From the NCBI GenBank assembly GCA_964016885.1, contig OZ024742.1, positions 343,728,001 through 343,792,000 of the forward strand: a stretch of DNA of 64,000 nucleotides, read 5' to 3'. Source of the stretch: Eledone cirrhosa (lineage: Eukaryota). Positions within the stretch are counted from its first letter, which is position 1. Each line of letters starts with the position of its first letter. The notes under the pieces were generated by a model that was given only the letters and a program-made list of their open reading frames with translations, did no database searches and had not been told where the DNA came from. Below, piece by piece: positions 15,001-29,572 of this stretch. The position numbers and the translations under genes were made by a program.

Positions 15001-18000
15001 TGGTGTGATAAACTGAGATACAGTCACAGTATGTTGTGATATACTGACATACACCCACAGTATGGTGTGGTACACTGAGATACAGTCAGAGTATGGTGTG
15101 GCATACTGAGATACAGTCACAGTATGGTGTGGTATACTGAGATACAGTCACAGTATGGTGTGATATACTGAGATACAGTCACAGTATGGTGTGATATACT
15201 GAGATACAGTCACAGTATGGTGTGATAAACTGAGATACACCCACAGTATGGTGTGGTATACCGAGATACAGTCACGGTATGGTGTGAGATACCGAGATAC
15301 CCCCACAGTATTGTGTGAGATACTCTGATACCCCCACAGTATGGTGTGAGATACTGAGATACACCCACAGTATGGTGTGGTATACTGAGATACAGTCACA
15401 GTATGGTGTGGTACACTGAGATACAGTCACAGTGTGGTGTGGTTTACTGAGATACAGTCACAGTATGGTGTGATATACTGAGATACAGCCACAGTATGGT
15501 GTGGTACACTGAGATACAGTCACAGTGTGGTGTGTTTTACTGAGATACAGTCACAGTATGGTGTGATATACTAAGATACACCCACTGTATGGTGTGATAT
15601 ACTGAGATACAGTCACAGTATGGTGTGGTATACTGAGATACAGTCACAGTAGGGTGTGATATACTGAGATACAGTCAGAGTATGGTGTGGTATACTGAGA
15701 TACAGTCACAGTATGGTGTGATATACTGAGATACAGTCACAGTATGGCGAGGTACACTGAGATACAGTCACAGTATGGTGTGGTTTATGGAGATACAGTC
15801 ACAGTATGGTGTGATATACTGAGATAGAGTCACATTATGGTGTGATATACTGAGATACACCCACAGTATGGTGTGATATACTGAGATACAGTCATAGTAT
15901 GGTGTGATATACTGAGATACAGTTACAGTATGTTGTGGCATACTGAGATACAGTCACAGTATGGTGTGATATACTGAGATACAGTCACAGTATGGTGTGG
16001 TACACTGAGATACAGTCAGAGTATGGTGTGGTATACTGAGATACAGTCACAGTATGGTGTGATATACTGAGATACAGTCACAGTATGGCGTGGTACACTG
16101 AGATACAGTCACAGTATGGTGTGGTTTATGGAGATACAGTCACAGTATGGTGTGATATACTGAGATAGAGTCACAGTATGGTGTGATATACTGAGATACA
16201 CCCACAGTATGGTGTGATATACTGAGATACAGTCATAGTATGGTGTGATATACTGAGACACACCCACAGTATGGTGTCGTATACTGAGATACAGTGATAG
16301 TATGGTGTGATATACTGAGATACAGTTACAGTATGTTGTGGCATACTGAGATACAGTCAGAGTATGGTGTGATATACTGAGATACAGTCAGAGTATGGTG
16401 TGGTACACTGAGATACAGTCACAGTATGGTGTGATATACTGAGATACAGTCACACTCTGGTGTGGTATACTGAGATACAGTCACAGTATGGTGTGATATG
16501 CTGAGATACAGTCACAGTATGGTGTGGTATACTGAGATACAGTCACAGTATGGTGTGAGATACTGAGATACAGTCACAGTATGGTGTGATATACTGAGAT
16601 ACAGTCACAGTATGGTGTGATATACTGAAATACATTCACAACATGGTGTGATAAACTAAGATACACCCACAGTATGGTGTGGTATACCGAGATACGGTCA
16701 CAGTATGGTGTGGTATACTGAGATACGACCACAGTATTGTATGGTATACTGAGATACAGTGATAGTATGGTGTGATATACTGAGATACAGTTACAGTATG
16801 TTGTGGCATACTGAGATACAGTCAGAGTATGGTGTGATATACTGAGATACAGTCAGAGTATGGTGTGGTACACTGAGATACAGTCACAGTATGGTGTGAT
16901 ATACTGAGATACAGTCACAGTATGGTGTGCTATACTGAGATAAACTCACAGTATGGTGTGGTACACTGAGATACAGTCCCAGTATGGTGTGGTACACTGA
17001 TATACAGTCACAGTATGGTGTGAGATACTGAGATACAGTCACAGTATGGTGTGCTATTCTGAGATACACTCACAGAATGGTGTGGTATACTGAGATACAG
17101 TCACAGTATGGTGTGGTACACTGAGATACACCCACAGTATGGTGTGGTTTACTGAGATACAGTCACAGTATGGTGTGCTACACTGAGATACACTCACAGT
17201 ATGGTGTGGTATACTGAGATACTGTCACAGTATGATGTGGTACACTGAGATACAGTGACAGTATGGTGTGGTACACTGAGATAGTCACAGTATGGTGTGG
17301 TATACTGAGATACAGTCACAATATGGTGTGAGATACTGAGATACAGTCACAGTATGGTGTGATAAACTGAGATACAGTCACAGTATGGTGTGATATACTG
17401 AGATACACCCACAGTATGGTGTGGTACACTGAGATACAGTCAGAGTATGGTGTGGTATACTGAGATACTGTCACAGTATGGTGTGGTACACTGAGATACA
17501 GTCACAGTATGGTGTGGTATACTGAGATACAGTCACAATATGGTGTGAGATACTGAGATACAGTCACAGTATGGTGTGATAAACTGAGATACAGTCACAG
17601 TATGTTGTGATATACTGACATACACCCACAGTATGGTGTGGTACACTGAGATACAGTCAGAGTATGGTGTGGCATACTGAGATACAGTCACAGTATGGTG
17701 TGGTATACTGAGATACAGTCACAGTATGGTGTGATATACTGAGATACAGTCACAGTATGGTGTGATATACTGAGATACAGTCACAGTATGGTGTGATAAA
17801 CTGAGATACACCCACAGTATGGTGTGGTATACCGAGATACAGTCACGGTATGGTGTGAGATACCGAGATAACCCCACAGTATGGTGTGAGATACTCTGAT
17901 ACCCCCACAGTATGGTGTGAGATACTGAGATACACCCACAGTATGGTGTGGTATACTGAGATACAGTCACAGTATGGTGTGGTACACTGAGATACAGTCA

Positions 18001-21000
18001 CAGTGTGGTGTGGTTTACTGAGATACAGTCACAGTATGGTGTGATATACTGAGATACAGCCACAGTATGGTGTGGTACACTGAGATACAGTCACAGTGTG
18101 GTGTGGTTTACTGAGATACAGTCACAGTATGGTGTGATATACTAAGATACACCCACTGTATGGTGTGATATACTGAGATACAGTCACAGTATGGTGTGGT
18201 ATACTGAGATACAGTCACAGTAGGGTGTGATATACTGAGATACAGTCAGAGTATGGTGTGGTATACTGAGATACAGTCACAGTATGGTGTGATATACTGA
18301 GATACAGTCACAGTATGGCGAGGTACACTGAGATACAGTCACAGTATGGTGTGGTTTATGGAGATACAGTCACAGTATGGTGTGATATACTGAGATAGAG
18401 TCACATTATGGTGTGATATACTGAGATACACCCACAGTATGGTGTGATATACTGAGATACAGTCATAGTATGGTGTGATATACTGAGATACAGTTACAGT
18501 ATGTTGTGGCATACTGAGATACAGTCACAGTATGGTGTGATATACTGAGATACAGTCACAGTATGGTGTGGTACACTGAGATACAGTCAGAGTATGGTGT
18601 GGTATACTGAGATACAGTCACAGTATGGTGTGATATACTGAGATACAGTCACAGTATGGCGTGGTACACTGAGATACAGTCACAGTATGGTGTGGTTTAT
18701 GGAGATACAGTCACAGTATGGTGTGATATACTGAGATAGAGTCACAGTATGGTGTGATATACTGAGATACACCCACAGTATGGTGTGATATACTGAGATA
18801 CAGTCATAGTATGGTGTGATATACTGAGACACACCCACAGTATGGTGTCGTATACTGAGATACAGTGATAGTATGGTGTGATATACTGAGATACAGTTAC
18901 AGTATGTTGTGGCATACTGAGATACAGTCAGAGTATGGTGTGATATACTGAGATACAGTCAGAGTATGGTGTGGTACACTGAGATACAGTCACAGTATGG
19001 TGTGATATACTGAGATACAGTCACACTCTGGTGTGGTATACTGAGATACAGTCACAGTATGGTGTGATATGCTGAGATACAGTCACAGTATGGTGTGGTA
19101 TACTGAGATACAGTCACAGTATGGTGTGAGATACTGAGATACAGTCACAGTATGGTGTGATATACTGAGATACAGTCACAGTATGGTGTGATATACTGAA
19201 ATACATTCACAATATGGTGTGATAAACTAAGATACACCCACAGTATGGTGTGGTATACCGAGATACGGTCACAGTATGGTGTGGTATACTGAGATACGAC
19301 CACAGTATTGTATGGTATACTGAGATACAGTGATAGTATGGTGTGATATACTGAGATACAGTTACAGTATGTTGTGGCATACTGAGATACAGTCAGAGTA
19401 TGGTGTGATATACTGAGATACAGTCAGAGTATGGTGTGGTACACTGAGATACAGTCACAGTATGGTGTGATATACTGAGATACAGTCACAGTATGGTGTG
19501 GTATACTGAGATACAGTCACAGTATGGTGTGGTAAACTGAGATACAGTCACAGTATGGTGTGATATGCTGAGATACACTCACAGTATGGTGTGGCACACT
19601 GAGATACAGTCAGAGTATGGTGTGGTATACTGAGGTACAGTCACAGTATGGTGTGAGATAATGAGATACAGTCACAGTATGGTGTGATATACTGAGATAC
19701 AGTCACAGTATGGTGTGATATACTGAAATACAGTCACAATATGTTCTGATAAACTGAGATACACCCACAGTATGGTGTGGTATACCGAGATACGGTCACA
19801 GTATGGTGTGGTATACTGAGATACCACCACAGTATTGTATGGTATACTGAGATACAGTCACAGTATGGTGTGATATATTGAGATACTGTCACAGTATGGT
19901 GTGATATACTGAGATACAGTCACAGTATGGTGTGGTATACTGAGATACAGTCACAGTATGGTGTGGTATACTGAGATACAGTCACAGTATGGTGTGGTAT
20001 ACTGAGATACAGTCACAGTATGGTGTGATATACTGAGATACAGTCACAGTATGGTGTGGTATACTGAGGTACAGTCACAGTATGGTGTGATATACTGAGA
20101 TACAATCACAGTATGGTGTGGTATACTGAGATACAGTCACAGTATGGAGTGGCATACTGAGATACCCCCACAGTATGGTGTGATATACTGAGATACAGTC
20201 ACAGTATGGTGTGATATACTGAGATACACTCACAGTATGGTGTGAGATACTGAGATACAGTCACAGTATGGTGTGATATACTGAGATACAGTCACAGTAT
20301 GGTGTGGTACACTGAGATACAGTCACAGTGTGGTGTGAGATACTGAGATACAGTCACAGTGTGGTGTGAGATACTGAGATACAGTCACAGTATGGTGTGA
20401 GATACTGAGATACAGTCACAGTATGGTGTGGTACACTGAGATACACTCACAGTATGGTGTGGTACACTGAGATACAGTCACAGTATGGTGTGGTACACTG
20501 AGATACAGTCACATTATGGTGTGAGATACTGAGATACAGTCACAGTATGGTGTGGTATACTGAGATACAGTCACAGTATGGTGTGGTATACTGAGATAAA
20601 GTCACAGTATGGTGTGATATACTGAGATACAGTCACAGTATGGTGTGATATACTGAGATACAGTCACAGTATGGTGTGCTATACTGAGATAAACTCACAG
20701 TATGGTGTGGTACACTGAGATACAGTCCCAGTATGGTGTGGTACACTGAGATACAGTCACAGTATGGTGTGAGATACTGAGATACAGTCACAGTATGGTG
20801 TGCTATTCTGAGATACACTCACAGTATGGTGTGGTATACTGAGATACAGTCACAGTATGGTGTGGTACACTGAGATACACCCACAGTATGGTGTGCTTTA
20901 CTGAGATACAGTCACAGTATGGTGTGCTACACTGAGATACACTCACAGTATGGTGTGGTATACTGAGATACAGTCACAGTATGATGTGGTACACTGAGAT

Positions 21001-24000
21001 ACAGTGACAGTATGGTGTGGTACACTGAGATAGTCACAGTATGGTGTGGTATACTGAGATACAGTCACAATATGGTGTGAGATACTGAGATACAGTCACA
21101 GTATGGTGTGATAAACTGAGATACACCCACAGTATGGTGTGGTACACTGAGATACAGTCAGAGTATGGTGTGGTATACTGAGATACTGTCACAGTATGGT
21201 GTGGTACACTGAGATACAGTCACAGTATGGTGTGGTATACTGAGATACAGTCACAATATGGTGTGAGATACTGAGATACAGTCACAGTATGGTGTGATAA
21301 ACTGAGATACAGTCACAGTAAGGTGTGATATACTGAGATACACCCACAGTATGGTGTGGTACACTGAGATACAGTCAGAGTATGGTGTGGCATACTGAGA
21401 TACAGTCACAGTATGGTGTGGTATACTGAGATACAGTCACAGTATGGTGTGATATACTGAGATACAGTCACAGTATGGTGTGATATACTGAGATACACTC
21501 ACAGTATGGTGTGATAAACTGAGATACACCCACAGTATGGTGTGGTATACCGAGATACAGTCACGGTATGGTGTGAGATACCGAGATACCCCCACAGTAT
21601 GGTGTGAGATACTCTGATACCCCCACAGTATGGTGTGAGATACTGAGATACACCCACAGTATGGTGTGGTATACTGAGATACAGTCACAGTATGGTGTGG
21701 TACACTGAGATACAGTCACAGTGTGGTGTGGTTTACTGAGATACAGTCACAGTATGGTGTGATATACTGAGATACAGCCACAGTATGGTGTGGTACACTG
21801 AGATACAGTCACAGTGTGGTGTGGTTTACTGAGATACAGTCACAGTATGGTGTGATATACTGAGATACACCCACAGTATGGTGTGATATACTGAGATACA
21901 GTCACAGTATGGTGTGGTATACTGAGATACAGTCACAGTAGGGTGTGATATACTGAGATACAGTCAGAGTATGGTGTGGTATACTGAGATACAGTCACAG
22001 TATGGTGTGATATACTGAGATACAGTCACAGTATGGCGAGGTATACTGAGATACAGTCACAGTATGGTGTGGTAAACTGAGATACAGTCACAGTATGGTG
22101 TGATATGCTGAGATACACTCACAGTATGGTGTGGCACACTGAGATACAGTCAGAGTATGGTGTGGTATACTGAGGTACAGTCACAGTATGGTGTGAGATA
22201 ATGAGATACAGTCACAGTATGGTGTGATATACTGAGATACAGTCACAGTATGGTGTGATATACTGAAATACAGTCACAATATGTTCTGATAAACTGAGAT
22301 ACACCCACAGTATGGTGTGGTATACCGAGATACGGTCACAGTATGGTGTGGTATACTGAGATACCACCACAGTATTGTATGGTATACTGAGATACAGTCA
22401 CAGTATGGTGTGATATATTGAGATACTGTCACAGTATGGTGTGATATACTGAGATACAGTCACAGTATGGTGTGGTATACTGAGATACAGTCACAGTATG
22501 GTGTGGTATACTGAGATACAGTCACAGTATGGTGTGGTATACTGAGATACAGTCACAGTATGGTGTGATATACTGAGATACAGTCACAGTATGGTGTGGT
22601 ATACTGAGGTACAGTCACAGTATGGTGTGATATACTGAGATACAGTCACAGTATGGTGTGGTATACTGAGATACAGTCACAGTATGGAGTGGCATACTGA
22701 GATACCCCCACAGTATGGTGTGATATACTGAGATACAGTCACAGTATGGTGTGATATACTGAGATACACTCACAGTATGGTGTGAGATACTGAGATACAG
22801 TCACAGTATGGTGTGATATACTGAGATACAGTCACAGTATGGTGTGGTACACTGAGATACAGTCACAGTGTGGTGTGAGATACTGAGATACAGTCACAGT
22901 GTGGTGTGAGATACTGAGATACAGTCACAGTATGGTGTGAGATACTGAGATACAGTCACAGTATGGTGTGGTACACTGAGATACACTCACAGTATGGTGT
23001 GGTACACTGAGATACAGTCACAGTATGGTGTGGTACACTGAGATACAGTCACATTATGGTGTGAGATACTGAGATACAGTCACAGTATGGTGTGGTATAC
23101 TGAGATACAGTCACAGTATGGTGTGGTATACTGAGATAAAGTCACAGTATGGTGTGATATACTGAGATACAGTCACAGTATGGTGTGATATACTGAGATA
23201 CAGTCACAGTATGGTGTGCTATACTGAGATAAACTCACAGTATGGTGTGGTACACTGAGATACAGTCCCAGTATGGTGTGGTACACTGAGATACAGTCAC
23301 AGTATGGTGTGAGATACTGAGATACAGTCACAGTATGGTGTGCTATTCTGAGATACACTCACAGTATGGTGTGGTATACTGAGATACAGTCACAGTATGG
23401 TGTGGTACACTGAGATACACCCACAGTATGGTGTGCTTTACTGAGATACAGTCACAGTATGGTGTGCTACACTGAGATACACTCACAGTATGGTGTGGTA
23501 TACTGAGATACAGTCACAGTATGATGTGGTACACTGAGATACAGTGACAGTATGGTGTGGTACACTGAGATAGTCACAGTATGGTGTGGTATACTGAGAT
23601 ACAGTCACAATATGGTGTGAGATACTGAGATACAGTCACAGTATGGTGTGATAAACTGAGATACAGTCACAGTATGGTGTGATATACTGAGATACACCCA
23701 CAGTATGGTGTGGTACACTGAGATACAGTCAGAGTATGGTGTGGTATACTGAGATACTGTCACAGTATGGTGTGGTACACTGAGATACAGTCACAGTATG
23801 GTGTGGTATACTGAGATACAGTCACAATATGGTGTGAGATACTGAGATACAGTCACAGTATGGTGTGATAAACTGAGATACAGTCACAGTAAGGTGTGAT
23901 ATACTGAGATACACCCACAGTATGGTGTGGTACACTGAGATACAGTCAGAGTATGGTGTGGCATACTGAGATACAGTCACAGTATGGTGTGGTATACTGA

Positions 24001-26011
24001 GATACAGTCACAGTATGGTGTGATATACTGAGATACAGTCACAGTATGGTGTGATATACTGAGATACACTCACAGTATGGTGTGATAAACTGAGATACAC
24101 CCACAGTATGGTGTGGTATACCGAGATACAGTCACGGTATGGTGTGAGATACCGAGATACCCCCACAGTATGGTGTGAGATACTCTGATACCCCCACAGT
24201 ATGGTGTGAGATACTGAGATACACCCACAGTATGGTGTGGTATACTGAGATACAGTCACAGTATGGTGTGGTACACTGAGATACAGTCACAGTGTGGTGT
24301 GGTTTACTGAGATACAGTCACAGTATGGTGTGATATACTGAGATACAGCCACAGTATGGTGTGGTACACTGAGATACAGTCACAGTGTGGTGTGGTTTAC
24401 TGAGATACAGTCACAGTATGGTGTGATATACTGAGATACACCCACAGTATGGTGTGATATACTGAGATACAGTCACAGTATGGTGTGGTATACTGAGATA
24501 CACCCACAGTATGGTGTGATATACTGAGATACAGTCAGAGTATGGTGTGGTATACTGAGATACAGTCACAGTAGGGTGTGATATACTGAGATACAGTCAG
24601 AGTATGGTGTGGTATACTGAGATACAGTCACAGTATGGTGTGATATACTGAGATACAGTCACAGTATGGCGAGGTATACTGAGATACAGTCACAGTATGG
24701 TGTGGTTTATGGAGATACAGTCACAGTATGGTGTGATATACTGAGATACAGTCACAGTATGGTGTGATATACTGAGATAGAGTCACAGTATGGTGTGATA
24801 TACTGAGATACACCCACAGTATGGTGTGATATACTGAGATACAGTCATAGTATGGTGTGATATACTGAGATACAGTTACAGTATGTTGTGGCATACTGAG
24901 ATACAGTCAGAGTATGGTGTGATATACTGAGATACAGTCACAGTATGGTGTGTTATACTGCGATACAGTCTCAGTATGGTGTGATATACTGAGATACAGT
25001 CACAGTATGGTGTGGTATACTGAGATACAGTCACAGTATGGTGTGGTATACTGAGATACAGTCATAGTATGGTGTGATATACTGAGATACAGTCACAGTA
25101 TGGTGTGGTACACTGAGATACAGTCAGAGTATGGTGTGGTATACTGAGATACAGTCACAGTATGGTGTGAGATACTGAGATACAGTTACAGTATGGTGTG
25201 ATATACTGAGATACAGTCACAATATGGTGTGATATACTGAGATACAGTCACAGTATGGTGTGGTATACTGAGATACAGTCACAGTATGGTGTGAGATATT
25301 GAGATACAGTCACAGTATGGTGTGATATACTGAGATACAGTCACAGTATGATGTGATATACTGAAATACAGTCACACTATGGTGTGATAAACTGAGATAC
25401 ACCCACAGTATGGTGTGGTATACCGAGATACAGTCACAGTATGGTGTGGTATTCTGAGATACCCCCACAGTATTGTATGGTATACTGAGATACAGTCACA
25501 GTATGGTGTGATATATTGAGATACTGTCACAGTATGGTGTGGTATACTGAGATACAATCAAAGTATGGTGTGATATACTGAGATACACCCACAGTATGGT
25601 GTGATATACAGAGATACACTCACAGTATGTTGTGATATACTGAGATACAGTCACAGTATGATGTGATATACTGAGATACAGTCACAGTATAGTGAGGTAT
25701 ACTGAGATACAGTCACAGTATGGTGTGAGATACTGAGATACACCCACAGTGTGGTGTGATATACTGAAATACACCCACAGTATGGTGTGATATACTGAGA
25801 TAGAGTCACAGTATGTTGTGATATATTGAGATACACCCACAGTATGGTGTGATATACTGAGATACAGTCATAGTATGGTGTGATATACTGAGATACACCC
25901 ACAGTATGGTGTGGTATACTGAAATACAGTGATAGTATGGTGTGGTTTACTGAGATACAGTCACAGTAAGGTGTGGTTTACTGAGATACAGTCACAGTAA
26001 GGTGTGAGATA
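1..26011. repeat. 31-bp satellite array, consensus TATGGTGTG(G/A)TATACTGAGATACAGTCACAG, about 840 monomers, continuing beyond the left edge
   Basis: Uninterrupted 31-bp periodicity read directly; the array ends abruptly at ...GGTGTGAGAT near 26010. Confidence 0.99.
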
Positions 26012-26044
26012 TTTATATTCTTTTACTGTATTCATCATTGCAGT

Positions 26045-26220
26045 AAGATTACTAATAAGTAGCTGATACCGTGGAAATGCCTTAGTTTAATAATGTGTGA
26101 CTCACGTTTTGCTGTGATTGATACAGATCAATCATTGAGCCGATCAATGGCGAAACGTGCGTTACACTTAAAAAAACTATAACTGATACTTTCACACCTC
26201 GTTCCTACTATTTTAATGTA
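26045..26220 (+). mobile_element. Old, diverged fold-back element carrying the 3' half of a hammerhead (Penelope pLTR-like remnant)
   Basis: ATGTGTGACTCACGTTTTGC (~26093-26112) is a diverged reverse complement of GCGAAACGTGCGTTACACTT (~26150-26169). Stem II CATTGA..TCAATG is followed by GAAA and near-palindromic ACGTGCGT. The CUGANGA half is missing. Confidence 0.4.
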
Positions 26221-26424
26221 ATTACACTCTGCCTATGAGGGAAAACGACCATAGTTTAACTCCAAATGTGTTCACTAAGTACTGGGCTTAAACGGACGAA
26301 CCCACGCACGAACGAGTGCTCAAGTTAGTGAACCAACAATAACATAAAGCTATATATATATAATCGGGTCCTCGATTTTCAGCCCCATGGATTTTATCTA
26401 TTACATTCACGTATTATATTTCGA

Positions 26425-26482
26425 ATACCTGATGATATCACCGGATTCATACGGAACCCGGTCATTGAAATGATCATAGTAT
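26425..26482 (+). ncRNA. Minimal type I hammerhead ribozyme motif with a slightly degenerate stem II base
   Basis: Stem I ATAC/GTAT; core CTGATGA (26429-26435); stem II ACCGG..CCGGT; GAAA (26467-26470); palindromic helix III ATGATCAT; predicted cleavage after AUA (26478). Confidence 0.75.
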
Positions 26483-26528
26483 AATAAACCTTTCAAGGAT
26501 TTACACAAATCCAGCCTCCTGTTATTTC

Positions 26529-26562
<34 letters not shown>

Positions 26563-26580
26563 TTCGTTTCTGAATTTGTT

Positions 26581-27088
<508 letters not shown>

Positions 27089-27307
27089 TATATATATATA
27101 GATATATTTGTATAGCAAGATTCTTTATCTGAAATCGTGTGTTGAAACCGATATTGTTATACTTTGGGAGGGTCATGTTGCCAATAAGAAACCCACGCAC
27201 CAGTTGCTTTCACTTCAATTTATTATAATACATTTATAATAAATTTATAAATTTATAAATTTCTGGTTGGTTGGTTGGTTCCACAACCAGATAGTTGTTT
27301 ATATATT

Positions 27308-27350
27308 GTCATAGTTCTTTCGTCACACACTCTGTGACCTCTTCAGTGAC
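27308..27350 (-). ncRNA. Minimal hammerhead ribozyme in the left-arm pseudo-LTR
   Basis: Exact reverse complement of 33346-33388. Confidence 0.85.
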
Positions 27351-27551
27351 TGGGGATTCCTTTCTTTGTTTTTGTGCCTCTCCTTTGTTCTGTCCTACGC
27401 CATTTTGTTTCTGTGTTTGTGTTGTGTGCTCAGTCTGCGCATGCGCCACATCCGGGTGTCTGTGTGTGTTTATGTTTATTTATTTATTTGTTTATTTACA
27501 TGTTACTGGTTGGTTGTTTGTTCTATGTGTGTGTGTGTTTTCATTTTGTCC

Positions 27552-29572
27552 TTAATTGTAAGTTGTGATGTTGCTGTTCCACTCATATTTTCTATTTAAT
27601 TTTGGTTGTAATTCTTTTATGTTTATTGCCTCTGTGATTTGTCTAAACATTGCGTCTTTTCTGTGTGTAGATTCTATTTTTATTTCTATGTTCTCTAATT
27701 TACCCTTGTGTTCTATTTTAGCATGTTGGTAGAGGACAGATGATTCTTTACTATCTTGAAGGTCTCGCCAGTGTTCATTTATCCGTTCCCCTACACTACG
27801 AGCTGTCTCACCTATGTACACTATATTTTTGTCTCTACATTGTCCTTCAGTACATCTTATGCTATACACTACATTTCTAGTTTTACAGTTAATATGGGGG
27901 CTTATTTTACAGGTTATACATTTCTTATCAATACATGAGGGTCTTTGAAAAGGGTATGTCTTGCTAATAAGTGTTTTTACGGAGGTACCTGGTCTTTCTA
28001 CTATCTTAATATTGAGTTTATCTTTATCTAGGGCCCTTCTAAATTTGTAAGCTAATTCACCTCTAGGGGTTGTATCGATGAACATTACACTCTGGTATTT
28101 ATTGCTATCATACCATGAGTTTATTCTATTAGCCTTGTTCCTAGTTCTTTCTATTCTATTCCAAAATTTGCTCCTATACAAGGGGCAGGTCCCATTTATG
28201 TCATTATTTACCATTTTTTCCCATTTGGTTCTGGCTCCTCTATACACTCTGATTTTATCTCTCTGATTGTAGCCAGAGAACTGCATACGGTGGATGAAGT
28301 GTTGTATGTGTCTCTCTAGTTCTTCGGGGTTGCACATGCGGGACACGTTCTCATCACCCGTACCAAATCCGCAATCAGTATGTTGATTTTGGTATGGTCC
28401 GAAACGGCCGAGTTTCGGTGGATCAGATGTTTGGAAGTCATGGGTTTGGCATAATGGGAATGGAGGATTTGTTTTTTGTTATTAATGGTATCTAACCAGA
28501 GCTCTGTGTCTAGTACAGGTAATCGATGGTTGGGGTGTTTACTTGGGTAGTCTATAGTAACTCTAATGCTCTGGTGGATGGAGTTAGCTATTTGCTGGAT
28601 GCTTTCCATTGTGTTTTTCTCTAGTTCCTGACTGTTCTCTAGTGGGGGTGTCTTAACTACGATGTTTATATCATCAACGTAGCGGGAGTACATTATCAGG
28701 GTTAAGGGGTCTTCTAATTGTTCTTTAAGTTTAAGTTTAAGTCTACTGTCCCACCATACCATGAATAAGTTAGCTATGTCGCCTGCAATGCTAACACCAA
28801 TGGCTGCTCCTTCCTCTTGGGGATATGTTTTTCCATTAAATTTGAACATATGTTCCTTAAGGGTTAGTTTTATGCTGGCCCCTACCGCATGTGCAATCAT
28901 TTTCTTCAGTTCATCGTGGTTTTCGGGTGTCCGTATGGCTCTGGTCCACCCGTTCCATCTATCTGTGTGGGTTTTCTTGGCCATTGAGGTAATGGTAGGT
29001 GGTCTGCCTCTTGCTGGTCTTGTAGGGCACAGGTTGCTAAGGTCATATGTGTCTAGGTAATTATTACTATAGGTAAGTTTAAGTAGGAGTCCCAGCTCAC
29101 TGATATCAATCCCACGGAACTCAACATTGCTCTCACTGATCATTTCTACGCATTTCTCCACAGCAAAATCCACGTCAATAGATGGATACAGGGACACAAC
29201 ATCCATACTACCCTACAGGGACACAACATCCATACTACCATAATACCTATTATGCAGTTTGTTAGGTCCCTAGATTGGTTACTCCCGCCGATTCTGCTGA
29301 GGAGGTCCTCCGTGCTGTCACAGACATCTGGGGACATTTCAATGATGGGGCGTATGTCAACCGACATTCTGCCAGACTTGTCTGTTGGAAAGCATGCTAT
29401 CTCTCCATTACGCGAGCGCTGCATGAGCTTACGCAAGCCATTTGCAGATTTTTCTCCCAGTTGCTGGGCCTCCATTTTATTATGCTTCTTGCTATACTGT
29501 TCTATAATATTTCTAAGTTCGGATCTAGCTATACTAAATTGTGCTTCTGTTTGTTCATCGACCTGCGACGGC
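27552..29572 (-). pseudogene. Penelope-like RT/GIY-YIG ORF, inverted 5'-truncated copy
   Basis: ORFs 29146-29475, 28316-29206 and 27552-28346 match the + copy (SMDVVSLYPSI, QEEGAAIG, RYVDD, VVYSI..VYIGET). It carries a 306-bp in-frame deletion, a 35-bp duplicative insertion near 29190-29245 and a 1-bp frameshift near 28349. Confidence 0.93.

Noticed and set aside
1978-25902. Repetitive Cys/His/Tyr-rich ORFs (YCDCISVYHTIL...)
   Set aside because: These are translations of the 31-bp satellite with non-ATG starts; the three frames cycle every 93 bp.
1-26011. CRISPR array or RAG-type RSS heptamers (CACAGTG variants)
   Set aside because: There are no unique spacers, no cas genes and no nonamers; the monomers are contiguous and CACAGTG is a sporadic variant of CACAGTA.
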